Positions 38,845 to 47,119 of a stretch of DNA of 64,000 nt are shown piece by piece. The DNA is from Pseudomonadales bacterium (GTDB lineage: Bacteria > Pseudomonadota > Gammaproteobacteria > Pseudomonadales > GM7GCV1), in NCBI GenBank assembly GCA_965222065.1, contig OZ244933.1, positions 1,586,924 to 1,650,923 of the forward strand, read 5' to 3'. Every line of letters starts with the position of its first letter. Within the stretch, counting starts at the first letter, position 1. A model generated the notes under the pieces. It made no database searches and was not told the origin of the DNA. It worked only from the letters and a program-made list of their open reading frames with translations. The position numbers were made by a program, and so were the translations under genes.

Positions 38845-40080
38845 CTATACGATGGTCCGATACGCCATGGACGCAAAAAACAGCAAAATGACCACTATGG
38901 ATGCCGACATTAGCCAACTGTTTCGCAGTTCACCTACCCAGTCCTTGCGACCATTTAGCAACAGCAGAACCAATGCCAGGAAGGGCAGGAACAATGCCCC
39001 GGCAACCGTATAAATTTTCTGGATTTCACTAAAGTTTCTGAAAAGGCCAATCATGGGCACGGTAGCGATATAAACCAGGAATGCCCTGTAAGGTAGCGTC
39101 CGGGTGTCGATGGCGACCTTTTTCCCGGGCAAATATTTTTCGCTAACCAGCCGACAGCAATCCGCAAAGATATAGGGAAGTGCCTGCCAAACGCCAAGCA
39201 AACTACTGAAGATCGCTCCGAATGCGCCGATCAGGAAAAATACTCGCCCCCAGGGGCCCAATTGCTCTCGAAGGCTCTCACCCAGATTGACCAGCAAGGT
39301 TGAGCCCGTTCCCTCAATCTCAATAGAACTGCCAATAATCAACATGGCAGCACCAAATAGCGCAGTGACTGTATAGCCCACGGCCAAATCAATTCGACAG
39401 ATCGACATGTCTTTCGGGGATTCCCTGCCTTCTTCCCGCAACCAGTAGCCATAGCAAAGCAGGGTAATACTTCCTCCCACTCCACCAATGAGTGCCAGTG
39501 TCCAGCCCAGGCCGCTGCCAGCCAAATCGGGAATAGTCGGGATCAACAGGCCCTGAATGACACTGCCGGTTCCCGGCCAGAGATATCCGGCGGTCAGGAC
39601 AACCGTCACAAACATGATGGCGATACAAACACGCATAGCGTATTCAAACAGGCGATAACCGCCGATAAGCACCATGAAAAAGCCAACCAGACTGGCAGAA
39701 ATCCCAAAAACCACCTTGCCCTGGACAGAGTTTTCAAATAGCGGAATTAATGCGTGAAGGGCAACACCACTGGCGCCCATCAGAGCGCTGCCCAGAAAAA
39801 AGGAAAAGAGGATAAGGTAGAATAGAACCAGCCAGATAACCCAGCTACCGGCCTTGTGGACGACACCCTCCAGAATCGTGTCGCCCGTGGCAAGCTGCCA
39901 TCGCGCCACGCCCTCGGAAATAATAAATTTCATCCATGCGCCGACAATAACGGCCCATAAAAGGGTGGTTCCGTAGTAACTGCCAACAATTGATCCAGTC
40001 GCCAGATCACCGGCACCAACTCCCGTTGCTGCCAGCAAGACACCGGGGCCAATAATGGAAAATAAGGGCGCTCGCTTCAC
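38845..40080 (-). CDS. NRAMP family divalent metal cation transporter
   Basis: 411 aa with the N-terminal GPGxLxAxxxxGAGDLATGS motif (GPGVLLAATGVGAGDLATGS) and about 11 TM segments. Confidence 0.8.
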   Translation of the reverse strand: MKRAPLFSIIGPGVLLAATGVGAGDLATGSIVGSYYGTTLLWAVIVGAWMKFIISEGVARWQLATGDTILEGVVHKAGSWVIWLVLFYLILFSFFLGSALMGASGVALHALIPLFENSVQGKVVFGISASLVGFFMVLIGGYRLFEYAMRVCIAIMFVTVVLTAGYLWPGTGSVIQGLLIPTIPDLAGSGLGWTLALIGGVGGSITLLCYGYWLREEGRESPKDMSICRIDLAVGYTVTALFGAAMLIIGSSIEIEGTGSTLLVNLGESLREQLGPWGRVFFLIGAFGAIFSSLLGVWQALPYIFADCCRLVSEKYLPGKKVAIDTRTLPYRAFLVYIATVPMIGLFRNFSEIQKIYTVAGALFLPFLALVLLLLNGRKDWVGELRNSWLMSASIVVILLFFASMAYRTIV

Positions 40081-40151
40081 TTATATAACCATAAACAAAT
40101 CTGATTGTTGTTGGCCTGAAAGGACGTTATCTTTCTTTTGCTGGCATGGGA

Positions 40152-40640
40152 TTAATCGCTTTCCGCAATTTCCTTGATTTTTTCAAGCCCGCCAGTAAAG
40201 AGGTTGGTGCGGCGTTCAACATTGGCCTGAAAGGTTGTCTCATCTTCGTTCGAACGGTCCCACATAACGCGATAAATCATCTTTGAGGTAGAGTCCGTTA
40301 CCGGGCGTGCCTCCATGAACCCGTGGTATAAATTATAGGGAACCCCTTCCACCGGAGGCTGGGTATAGCCGTAAGAGAGCTCGGTTTGACCAACAAGTGG
40401 TTCAACAATGGTGCCATTGAGAACACGTACTGTCCCCAGGCCACCGTCCCCCTGGGTGATTTCGCAGGTCACTCCCAGCCAGTCCGAGATGTCGCAGTAG
40501 TCCCCAACTTTCGACCACACTTCCGCAGCTGGTCGATTGATGTCAATTTCAAACTCCAGTCGGTGATAGTCCGCCTGGGCCATTGCCAGACTGCAAAGGG
40601 TGATGGTAAAAAAAGCCAGAAAAAGTTTTTGAACATGCAT
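40152..40640 (-). CDS. secreted SRPBCC (Bet v1/START-like) superfamily protein
   Basis: Signal peptide MHVQKLFLAFFTITLCSLAMAQA. IDINRPAAEVWSKVGDYCDISDW is typical of the polyketide_cyc2/SRPBCC fold. Confidence 0.6.
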   Translation of the reverse strand: MHVQKLFLAFFTITLCSLAMAQADYHRLEFEIDINRPAAEVWSKVGDYCDISDWLGVTCEITQGDGGLGTVRVLNGTIVEPLVGQTELSYGYTQPPVEGVPYNLYHGFMEARPVTDSTSKMIYRVMWDRSNEDETTFQANVERRTNLFTGGLEKIKEIAESD

Positions 40641-40739
40641 TTTTATTATTTCCCCGTTTATTAGGTTTAATCCAAAAAGACCATGATTGCTGACAACTGA
40701 CATACCAGCAGCGATATATTTATGTAGCACGGACCAGGT

Positions 40740-42782
40740 CTATGCCCCGCGGCTGGCTTGCAGCGCATCTACAGGGGCTCTGTCTTTGCCCCAGCTTCTA
40801 TAGATATAGTCCTTGATGGTATCAATATTCTCCTGCGAAACTTCGGAGGCTTCGCCACGCTCCAGCATATCGTAATGAAAAATATAGATACGGGAAGCAA
40901 ATTCTTCAAACTCGAGTGAGGATTCGCCAAACAGTTCTCCGTTGTCGGCGGTGCTAACAACCAGGCCATCACCCCAATCCTGTCCACTATCGTTATTTGG
41001 ATTGTAAAAATAGACACGCATTTTGCCAGCCGGGTCCAGTGCTACCCTCTGGATCGTGATGGCATGCCATCCAATAAAACGAGCAGCGCTGTCCGTAATG
41101 GCCAATCCTGCAGGCTGCGGGTGAATAAGCGGCTGATTACCGTTGTAGTAGGGATGGTAGTAGGTATAAAAATCCCGATAAAAATCATCGAGATCAATGA
41201 GCTGCCCGGAGACCACATCGACATTGATTCGAAATCCGCGACCGACTCGCCAACCGTGAAATTCCGGGTTGATCCATCTGTGTGGGTCACCTTCACGTCC
41301 AATACAGAGTTTCCCCATTTCGCCATAAACATAATCCAGGTGCGGTACAAGGATCATCGACACCGGATCAAGATCCATCGGCAAGGCCACTGCCTGCGTA
41401 ACTACGGATTTGGATGAAATTGGCTGACCCTCAAAGTGCATGAGGATTTCATCGTCACGTGCCGCTGAAGCGATTAGTTGCAGGAGATAATCCGGATCTG
41501 TGTAGGACCAGATGGAAATCGCCCGGGCTGACTGACAAGTAGGGTTGTTTCCCTGGCCAATACCCAACGGTAACCCCAACACCAGCAACACCCCTTCGAG
41601 TAATCGTGTCTGAGCAGAAACCACATCACCAAAGCTAGCCTGCAAGCGTTGCCGGGACCAATCAGATAACCGGAGTTTTAACTGGCGCCAGAGTGAAGGG
41701 GCGACCGCTGGATAATAGAGTATCCCCCGTTCAAGCATCAGCGTCAGGCCAAAAACGGCCTGCGGTGTATAAGGAGTAACGGCTTGCTTGATCAATGCAA
41801 CGACGAGTTCGTGATAGCAAAGCAGGCTGTCGCGTCCTGTCCCGGATAGCCCTAGCGCGTCTTCCATCAATTGCGGCTGGGTTTCACAGATATACTTCAG
41901 CAAAACTGCGTGGTATGGCGAAACCAACCCGGTATCGTGCATGGCCCGGGCAAAGCCAATCGCCTCTGCCTGTAATGCCTGGCTATCCAGATGCACCAGA
42001 CGTTCTTCGTAAACCTCCACTCCCGGATCTTCACGACAAAGCCGGGTAGGACCAAACAGGCTGCTTACCAACCGATCTGCTCCCTGCACCAAAGACTCCG
42101 TCGCGGCGCCCGTTTCAATGCTTTTCGATTCACCTGAGCCCTGTGAAATAGCAATTTGGGTAATCATCTGCTTAACGGAATCAACCTGGACAGGCCGTTG
42201 TCGCAATATGCGCCATATCTCGTCGATCAGCTTATCCACGATCTGTTCGTAACCAATTTCAGCAGCCAGATGCTTGAGCAAGCCCCTGGGTATTGCTGAA
42301 ATCCGCCCCTGGGTTTCGCGCTCGGCTTCACTCAGTGGCGTAAATAGCATCGCCAGATTAATGGCCAAAACCTGGGTCAGATAGTGCCGGGACTGCTCGG
42401 CAGAAAATTGTGGCAACTCGACCTGACCCTTGGCCGCGGCGAGCAGACGCAGTTCACTCAGCGCCTCCACAACCACCACGTTGGTATCCGCACTTTTTAA
42501 CGAACGACCACTGAGCACGGGCACGAGAATATGTGGTTGGGCCCAATCCGTTCCGGCAAAAACCTGCGCACGTTCAAGTGTCAGGGCACGGGATTCAATC
42601 GCCGCGAACCCTCCTTCGGTCAGCATTAACCGACGGGCAAAATCCAGAACCCGCGCCAGTTTGGCGGGTTTGGCAAAATCACGGGAATCGGACAGGGCAA
42701 CAAGCGCTTCATCCAGTTCCCGGGCAAGCCGCCGACACTTGTCATGTTCTGAAGGAGTAGATTGTGTCATTGGTTCGAACAA
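40740..42782 (-). CDS. hypothetical 680-aa protein; helical N-terminal approximately 400 aa plus a C-terminal domain with a papain/transglutaminase-like Q-x5-C...H...N/D signature
   Basis: Long uninterrupted ORF 33 nt downstream of the ATP-grasp gene. Contains GQGNNPTCQSARAISIW (Gln410, Cys416 at nt 41535-41537), FIGWHAITIQRV (His573) and YFYNPNNDSGQDWG (Asn594/Asn596/Asp598). Start is the TTG at 42782 or the ATG at 42770. I recognise no family. Confidence 0.6.
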   Translation of the reverse strand: MFEPMTQSTPSEHDKCRRLARELDEALVALSDSRDFAKPAKLARVLDFARRLMLTEGGFAAIESRALTLERAQVFAGTDWAQPHILVPVLSGRSLKSADTNVVVVEALSELRLLAAAKGQVELPQFSAEQSRHYLTQVLAINLAMLFTPLSEAERETQGRISAIPRGLLKHLAAEIGYEQIVDKLIDEIWRILRQRPVQVDSVKQMITQIAISQGSGESKSIETGAATESLVQGADRLVSSLFGPTRLCREDPGVEVYEERLVHLDSQALQAEAIGFARAMHDTGLVSPYHAVLLKYICETQPQLMEDALGLSGTGRDSLLCYHELVVALIKQAVTPYTPQAVFGLTLMLERGILYYPAVAPSLWRQLKLRLSDWSRQRLQASFGDVVSAQTRLLEGVLLVLGLPLGIGQGNNPTCQSARAISIWSYTDPDYLLQLIASAARDDEILMHFEGQPISSKSVVTQAVALPMDLDPVSMILVPHLDYVYGEMGKLCIGREGDPHRWINPEFHGWRVGRGFRINVDVVSGQLIDLDDFYRDFYTYYHPYYNGNQPLIHPQPAGLAITDSAARFIGWHAITIQRVALDPAGKMRVYFYNPNNDSGQDWGDGLVVSTADNGELFGESSLEFEEFASRIYIFHYDMLERGEASEVSQENIDTIKDYIYRSWGKDRAPVDALQASRGA

Positions 42783-42815
42783 CGGGCCGGAAAAACCTTC
42801 AGGAATTTAGCCTGT

Positions 42816-44039
42816 TTACACGTAAAAATCTAATTCTTCCTGGCGCTTAAGCAGCTTGTGAAGGGTATCCGGGTCATCACCCTTAAAGTAGGCCAGTCCC
42901 CAATGGGTCCCAAACGCTGTTCGCTTGGTCACCGTTTCTTCCAGTGGCTCGGTCAGCTCGTGAGATTCGAAATAGGGGTGATCTTCTGTTTCTTCGGGAA
43001 TTTCCAGTTTGCTAACCACGCGGCGACGAGGATACACACCAAAGCAGCCCGCATAGCATTTGGCATCCACAATTTCGCGGGGGAAAAATTCGGTAATTTC
43101 CTCTTCCGTGGTTTTGGGGTCAAATGCCAGTATCATGCCCTGGTAGGCGTTGAAGCCATATACCCGTTCCAGCAGTTCAAATACTTTGAAGCCGGGTGGA
43201 CGATAGGCAACTTCACCAAAGTACATTTCATCATCACTGGTCAGGAAGTATTCGGGGTGAACAAAGCCAAAATCGATATCGAACACCTTAATCAGTTTTT
43301 CAATTTCCTTTCGGATCTGATCACGGTACTTCTCCAGTTCCGGAGAGGCCGGAACAAACACGGAGTAGCCCAGGGTGACATATTCGGAAATATTCAAAAA
43401 TCGGATCTTGCCGTTCTGGATCCAGGCTTCCACGGCAAATTCCCAGCCATCCAGGTGGGATTCAATTAACGCCGGAAATTCTTCATCGGGGATAGCGTCC
43501 ACATCGTCCGGTGTACGAATGACCCTATGCCCGAGACAGCCGGCCTTATCAAAGGCTTTAAAGTGAATTGGGTCGTTGGGATCGCCGTCAAGCTTTAGCA
43601 GTGTCTGGTTGACCCTGCGCAGGAAACGAATGACATCCTCCCGATCATGTGCCTCTTCAAAAATGCCCACACGAATGCCACCCAACTGGGCGCGGCGCTT
43701 CATCAGGGATTTGTCACGCATCAGCATGGACTGCCCAAGCAACCGGGGATTATCGAGCAGGACCGAGTTAATGGCTCCGGCCCATTCAACGGTTTCTTCA
43801 AATAATGGGATGGCAACATCCACGCCCATTTCTTTAAGTTTGTTGGCTATCTCTATGGAACGTTCATTCAGGCGCTCAAAATTCCAGGCAAGATAGGGAA
43901 TGTCATGCTGCTTGCAATACTCTTCCGCCCAATCGGGGGCGACCACAATGTAGCGACGATCAAAATCGGCAGCGGCTTCTACTGCATTAAGGCTCCAGCC
44001 AAGCAGTGCGATATAACCTTTTTCCGGGTTAACTTGCAT
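42816..44039 (-). CDS. ATP-grasp domain protein (L-amino-acid-ligase / PurK-PurT-like carboxylate-amine ligase)
   Basis: 407 aa with a strong RBS (GAGGGAAAT-ATG). The pre-ATP-grasp N-terminus, a central K-rich ATP-binding region and the C-terminal FGEVAYRPPG resemble the E-x-(A/S)-x-R-P motif of PurK/PurT-type ATP-grasp enzymes. Confidence 0.75.
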   Translation of the reverse strand: MQVNPEKGYIALLGWSLNAVEAAADFDRRYIVVAPDWAEEYCKQHDIPYLAWNFERLNERSIEIANKLKEMGVDVAIPLFEETVEWAGAINSVLLDNPRLLGQSMLMRDKSLMKRRAQLGGIRVGIFEEAHDREDVIRFLRRVNQTLLKLDGDPNDPIHFKAFDKAGCLGHRVIRTPDDVDAIPDEEFPALIESHLDGWEFAVEAWIQNGKIRFLNISEYVTLGYSVFVPASPELEKYRDQIRKEIEKLIKVFDIDFGFVHPEYFLTSDDEMYFGEVAYRPPGFKVFELLERVYGFNAYQGMILAFDPKTTEEEITEFFPREIVDAKCYAGCFGVYPRRRVVSKLEIPEETEDHPYFESHELTEPLEETVTKRTAFGTHWGLAYFKGDDPDTLHKLLKRQEELDFYV

Positions 44040-44243
44040 ATTTCCCTCGCAGTGTAAGCTGCAACTAACGCCATCCAGACGCTAGAAACAGTGGTGAATT
44101 TGGCACACCCTCCATGGCATTTATAGAAATACCGTACAGAGAAGGCTTATGACTTGCAATTTCAGTCTGGTAAGAAAGATGCGTAATACATATTCCTGAT
44201 AGACTCCAACCACAGGCTTATTCAGGTTTCAGGAGAAAAAATC

Positions 44244-44639
44244 ATGCCCCCGATTCTTGTTACTTTATTTTTTCTGGCATTGTTTCCCGTTGTGCTTTCT
44301 TCCATAGGCGGTTATTACCGGATCAAGCAATTTGGCCACCTGGACAATAGGCACCCAAGAGCCCAGCAGGCCTTAATGGAAGGTCCGGGCGCCAGGGCGA
44401 TTGCCGCACATAAAAATGCCTGGGAAGCCCTCGCAATGTACTCCGTTACCATTTTTATTGCCTTTGCCAACGGCCTAGATCTTTATTCGTTAACGTTTCC
44501 GGCGCTGATATTTTTGGCCGCGCGTTTATTCCATGCATTTTTCTATATTGCTGACTTGTCCACCCTGCGCTCTATTGCGTACGCCGTTGGTTTTTTTGAC
44601 TGTGTTTATATTTTCGCCATCGCGCTGAAAGCCATTTGA
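44244..44639 (+). CDS. MAPEG family membrane protein
   Basis: 131 aa, 4 TM, with NRHPRAQQA...ARAIAAHKNAWEAL resembling bacterial MAPEG (membrane-associated glutathione transferase-like) proteins. Confidence 0.7.
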   Translation: MPPILVTLFFLALFPVVLSSIGGYYRIKQFGHLDNRHPRAQQALMEGPGARAIAAHKNAWEALAMYSVTIFIAFANGLDLYSLTFPALIFLAARLFHAFFYIADLSTLRSIAYAVGFFDCVYIFAIALKAI

Positions 44640-45097
44640 TCTCTCTTGACCTTAAAATCCCACCCGCCCTGTTTCTGGCAATAACCGCTGCCGGCATGTG
44701 GGGGATATCCATTTTATTCCCCCCTGGGCAAATCAGCCTGCCGGGGAAGGTCTGGTTTGCCTTGCTATTTGGCCTCTTTGGTCTGTTATTCCCCTTGTTA
44801 GCTGTGCTTGCTTTCCATCGGGCGGATACAACTGTTGATCCCAGATATCCTGAACACAGCGAACAGCTTGTTATCGTCGGCATTTACAACCTGAGCCGCA
44901 ATCCCATGTATTTGGGGTTCTTATTGTTGCTTTTTGCCTGGGCCATTTATTTGGGTAACTGGTTGGCAGGCCTGTTACTACCATTATTTGTTATTTACAT
45001 GAACCGCTTTCAAATTACTCCGGAAGAGCGGGTCCTATTAAAAAAGTTTGGTACCCCTTATCAACAATATCTTTCGCGGGTACGGCGCTGGATTTAA
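44636..45097 (+). CDS. isoprenylcysteine carboxyl methyltransferase (ICMT) family / phospholipid methyltransferase-like protein
   Basis: 153 aa, LKIPPALFLAITAAGMW N-terminus, GIYNLSRNPMYLG and the C-terminal EERxL...FG..Y..Y motif. Overlaps the MAPEG gene by 4 nt (TTG start). Confidence 0.75.
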   Translation: MISLDLKIPPALFLAITAAGMWGISILFPPGQISLPGKVWFALLFGLFGLLFPLLAVLAFHRADTTVDPRYPEHSEQLVIVGIYNLSRNPMYLGFLLLLFAWAIYLGNWLAGLLLPLFVIYMNRFQITPEERVLLKKFGTPYQQYLSRVRRWI

Positions 45098-45141
45098 CCA
45101 AAACCAAAAGAAGTGATAGCCTGCTTTCGGAGGTATGTGCT

Positions 45142-45654
45142 ATGAACAATCTGGATATCGTGCAAGGTGACATCACCCGTGCCAAGGTAGATGCGATTGT
45201 GAATGCGGCCAACCCGAAAATGCTGGGTGGCGGCGGCGTCGATGGTGCAATTCACCGTGCTGCAGGATCAGAACTTCTTGAAGCCTGTGAGCGCGTGCCG
45301 GAAGTGGATGGAGTGCGTTGCCCCCCAGGCGAAGCCCGAATGACCCGTGCCGGCCTGCTTCCTGCCAAATACGTCATACACACGGTAGGGCCGGTCTACG
45401 ACACTGATCCATCTCCTGCTGAGACTCTTTCATCCGCCTATATTTCTTCACTTAAGCTGGCCATGGAACAAAACTGCCAGAGTATTGCTTTTCCTGCCAT
45501 TTCCTGTGGTGCTTACGGCTACCCTGTAGACGAAGCCGCATTTGTAGCTAAAAATGCCTGTGGCCGTATCGAATTTCGCCAGCTCGATATTTATTTTTAT
45601 CTATTTAGTGACCAGGTAGCGCGTATCTGGCGTGAAGTGTTCCGCCTGGCCTAG
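45142..45654 (+). CDS. macro domain protein, O-acetyl-ADP-ribose deacetylase (YmdB-like)
   Basis: IVQGDITRAKVDAIVNAANPKMLGGGGVDGAIHRAAG and FPAISCGAYGYP are canonical macro-domain motifs. Confidence 0.85.
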   Translation: MNNLDIVQGDITRAKVDAIVNAANPKMLGGGGVDGAIHRAAGSELLEACERVPEVDGVRCPPGEARMTRAGLLPAKYVIHTVGPVYDTDPSPAETLSSAYISSLKLAMEQNCQSIAFPAISCGAYGYPVDEAAFVAKNACGRIEFRQLDIYFYLFSDQVARIWREVFRLA

Positions 45655-45675
45655 GTATATCCTGACAAGATCCAT

Positions 45676-46365
45676 ATGGTTCACAAAGAGTCCCATCGCT
45701 CTCATCGCTCCGGCTGGTTGCGTGCCAGTGTTATGGGGGCGAACGATGGCATAGTTTCAACCGCCAGCCTGATTATCGGTGTGGCCGCTGCCGGAAGTTC
45801 CCGCGAAGCTATTTTATTGGCCGGGCTCGCCGGGCTCGCAGCAGGGGCCATGTCCATGGCTGCCGGTGAATATGTTTCCGTTAAATCCCAGGCTGACACC
45901 GAAAAAGCCGACCTGGAGATCGAACGCCGCTCCCTGGAAAAAAATTACGAACAGGAAAAGGACGAACTGGCTGAAATTTACCGAAACCGTGGAGTAGCTC
46001 CAGAGCTGGCTCACCAGGTCGCCGAACAAATGATGCAACAGGATGCACTGGGTGCTCATGCGCGCGACGATATCGGTATTAGTGAAACCCAGCGTGCCCG
46101 GCCAATACTGGCCGCCTTTTCTTCCATGGCCACGTTTTCCCTGGGCGCCGCCTTGCCAATTTTCATTGTCGGACTGGTGCCAGTTTCTTCCGTTATCTAT
46201 TGGGTGGCGCTCTGGTCCCTCGCCTTTTTGGCAACCCTGGGAGGTATTGCTGCAAGGGTTGGCGGGGCGCCCATACTGCGTGCCTGTGTACGCGTCTGTT
46301 TTTGGGGAGCATTGGCCATGGCCATAACTGCAGGGGTAGGGGTGCTGTTTGGAATTTCCACCTGA
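45676..46365 (+). CDS. VIT1/CCC1 family iron/manganese transporter
   Basis: WLRASVMGANDGIVSTASLIIGVA, SMAAGEYVSVKSQ and a C-terminal TM bundle. Confidence 0.85.
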   Translation: MVHKESHRSHRSGWLRASVMGANDGIVSTASLIIGVAAAGSSREAILLAGLAGLAAGAMSMAAGEYVSVKSQADTEKADLEIERRSLEKNYEQEKDELAEIYRNRGVAPELAHQVAEQMMQQDALGAHARDDIGISETQRARPILAAFSSMATFSLGAALPIFIVGLVPVSSVIYWVALWSLAFLATLGGIAARVGGAPILRACVRVCFWGALAMAITAGVGVLFGIST

Positions 46366-46382
46366 TCTAATGGAGCGAAAAA

Positions 46383-46817
46383 ATGACTGAAATCCTCATT
46401 CGGTATGTCCATTTTTTGGGAATTATCGTTTTTGCCTCATTACTGGTTACCGAACATGTTCTGGTAAAGGACAAGCTATCCAGAGAGGATTTAAAACGTA
46501 TTTTGATTATTGATGCCGCCTACGGGATATCGGCGTTGGTGGTATTGGCTGCCGGTTTGGCGCTTTGGTTATGGGTGGGCAAAGCCGCGGCGTTTTATAG
46601 TGCCAATCCTGTTTTTCATGCAAAGCTCGGACTTTTTGTACTTACCGGACTGCTTTCGATACATCCCACAAGGTTCTATTTAAAACACCGAAAAAGCCAG
46701 GAATCCTTTATTCAGGTGCCCAAATCGGTCGTTCACTGCATTCGGCTGGAAACGCTGTTTTTGGTTCTTATTCCATTACTTGCTGTATTTATGGCTCGGG
46801 GTTATGGGCTGGGTTAA
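46383..46817 (+). CDS. DUF2214-like membrane protein
   Basis: 144 aa, 4 TM, with the IRYVHFLGIIVF N-terminus typical of this family. Confidence 0.55.
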   Translation: MTEILIRYVHFLGIIVFASLLVTEHVLVKDKLSREDLKRILIIDAAYGISALVVLAAGLALWLWVGKAAAFYSANPVFHAKLGLFVLTGLLSIHPTRFYLKHRKSQESFIQVPKSVVHCIRLETLFLVLIPLLAVFMARGYGLG

Positions 46818-46822
46818 GCCAG

Positions 46823-47119
46823 ATGCAGAAACTTACAACCAAACTTCAGATCAAGGTGAGCCCAGGGGCTGCGGCAAATGCAATAACCGGCTGGATGGGT
46901 GACCAGCTAAAGATAAGGGTGACCGCTGTACCCGAAAAGGGCAAAGCCAACCAGGCGGTGATCAAACTATTGTCCCGGACACTGGGATTACATACTGATG
47001 CAATTAAAATCAGCAAAGGCAGTACGTCCGGCAAAAAAATCGTTGAGATCACCGGAATGTCCCCGGGTGAACTTCGCCGTCGGCTATCGCAGGAGAGTGT
47101 CCGTGCAACCTCGAATTAG
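46823..47119 (+). CDS. DUF167 (YggU-like) protein
   Basis: 98 aa. LQIKVSPGAAANAITGWMGDQLKIRVTAVPEKGKANQAVIKLL matches the YggU/DUF167 pattern. Confidence 0.75.
   Translation: MQKLTTKLQIKVSPGAAANAITGWMGDQLKIRVTAVPEKGKANQAVIKLLSRTLGLHTDAIKISKGSTSGKKIVEITGMSPGELRRRLSQESVRATSN

Noticed and set aside
40081-40151. Metal-responsive element (Fur/MntR box or yybP-ykoY Mn riboswitch) upstream of the NRAMP gene.
   Set aside because: The 71-nt spacer is too short for the riboswitch. I could not find a convincing 19-bp Fur-type or MntR-type palindrome in it by eye.
42772-42780. tRNA T-arm-like string GGTTCGAAC.
   Set aside because: It lies at the 5' end of the 680-aa CDS, and no acceptor, anticodon or D-arm structure surrounds it. 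I saw no tRNA-like cloverleaf candidates elsewhere in the window.
44101-44119. Sigma-54-like TGGCAC element (tggcacaccctccatggca) in the intergenic region between the ATP-grasp and MAPEG genes.
   Set aside because: The -12 element (TTGC, 5 nt after TGGCAC) is absent. No enhancer-binding protein gene is nearby. Other TGGCAC hits (17955, 28396, 29331, 33895) are inside coding sequence.
44040-44243. Possible RiPP/graspetide-type precursor peptide upstream of the ATP-grasp gene. Minus-strand mini-ORFs are MYYASFLPD, MPWRVCQIHHCF and MEGVPNSPLFLASGWR.
   Set aside because: They are only 9-16 codons long and none has a Shine-Dalgarno sequence. They show no Ser/Thr/Lys/Asp/Glu-rich core of the kind ATP-grasp macrocyclases use. 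The ligase, at 407 aa, looks more like an L-amino-acid-ligase type than a graspetide cyclase.
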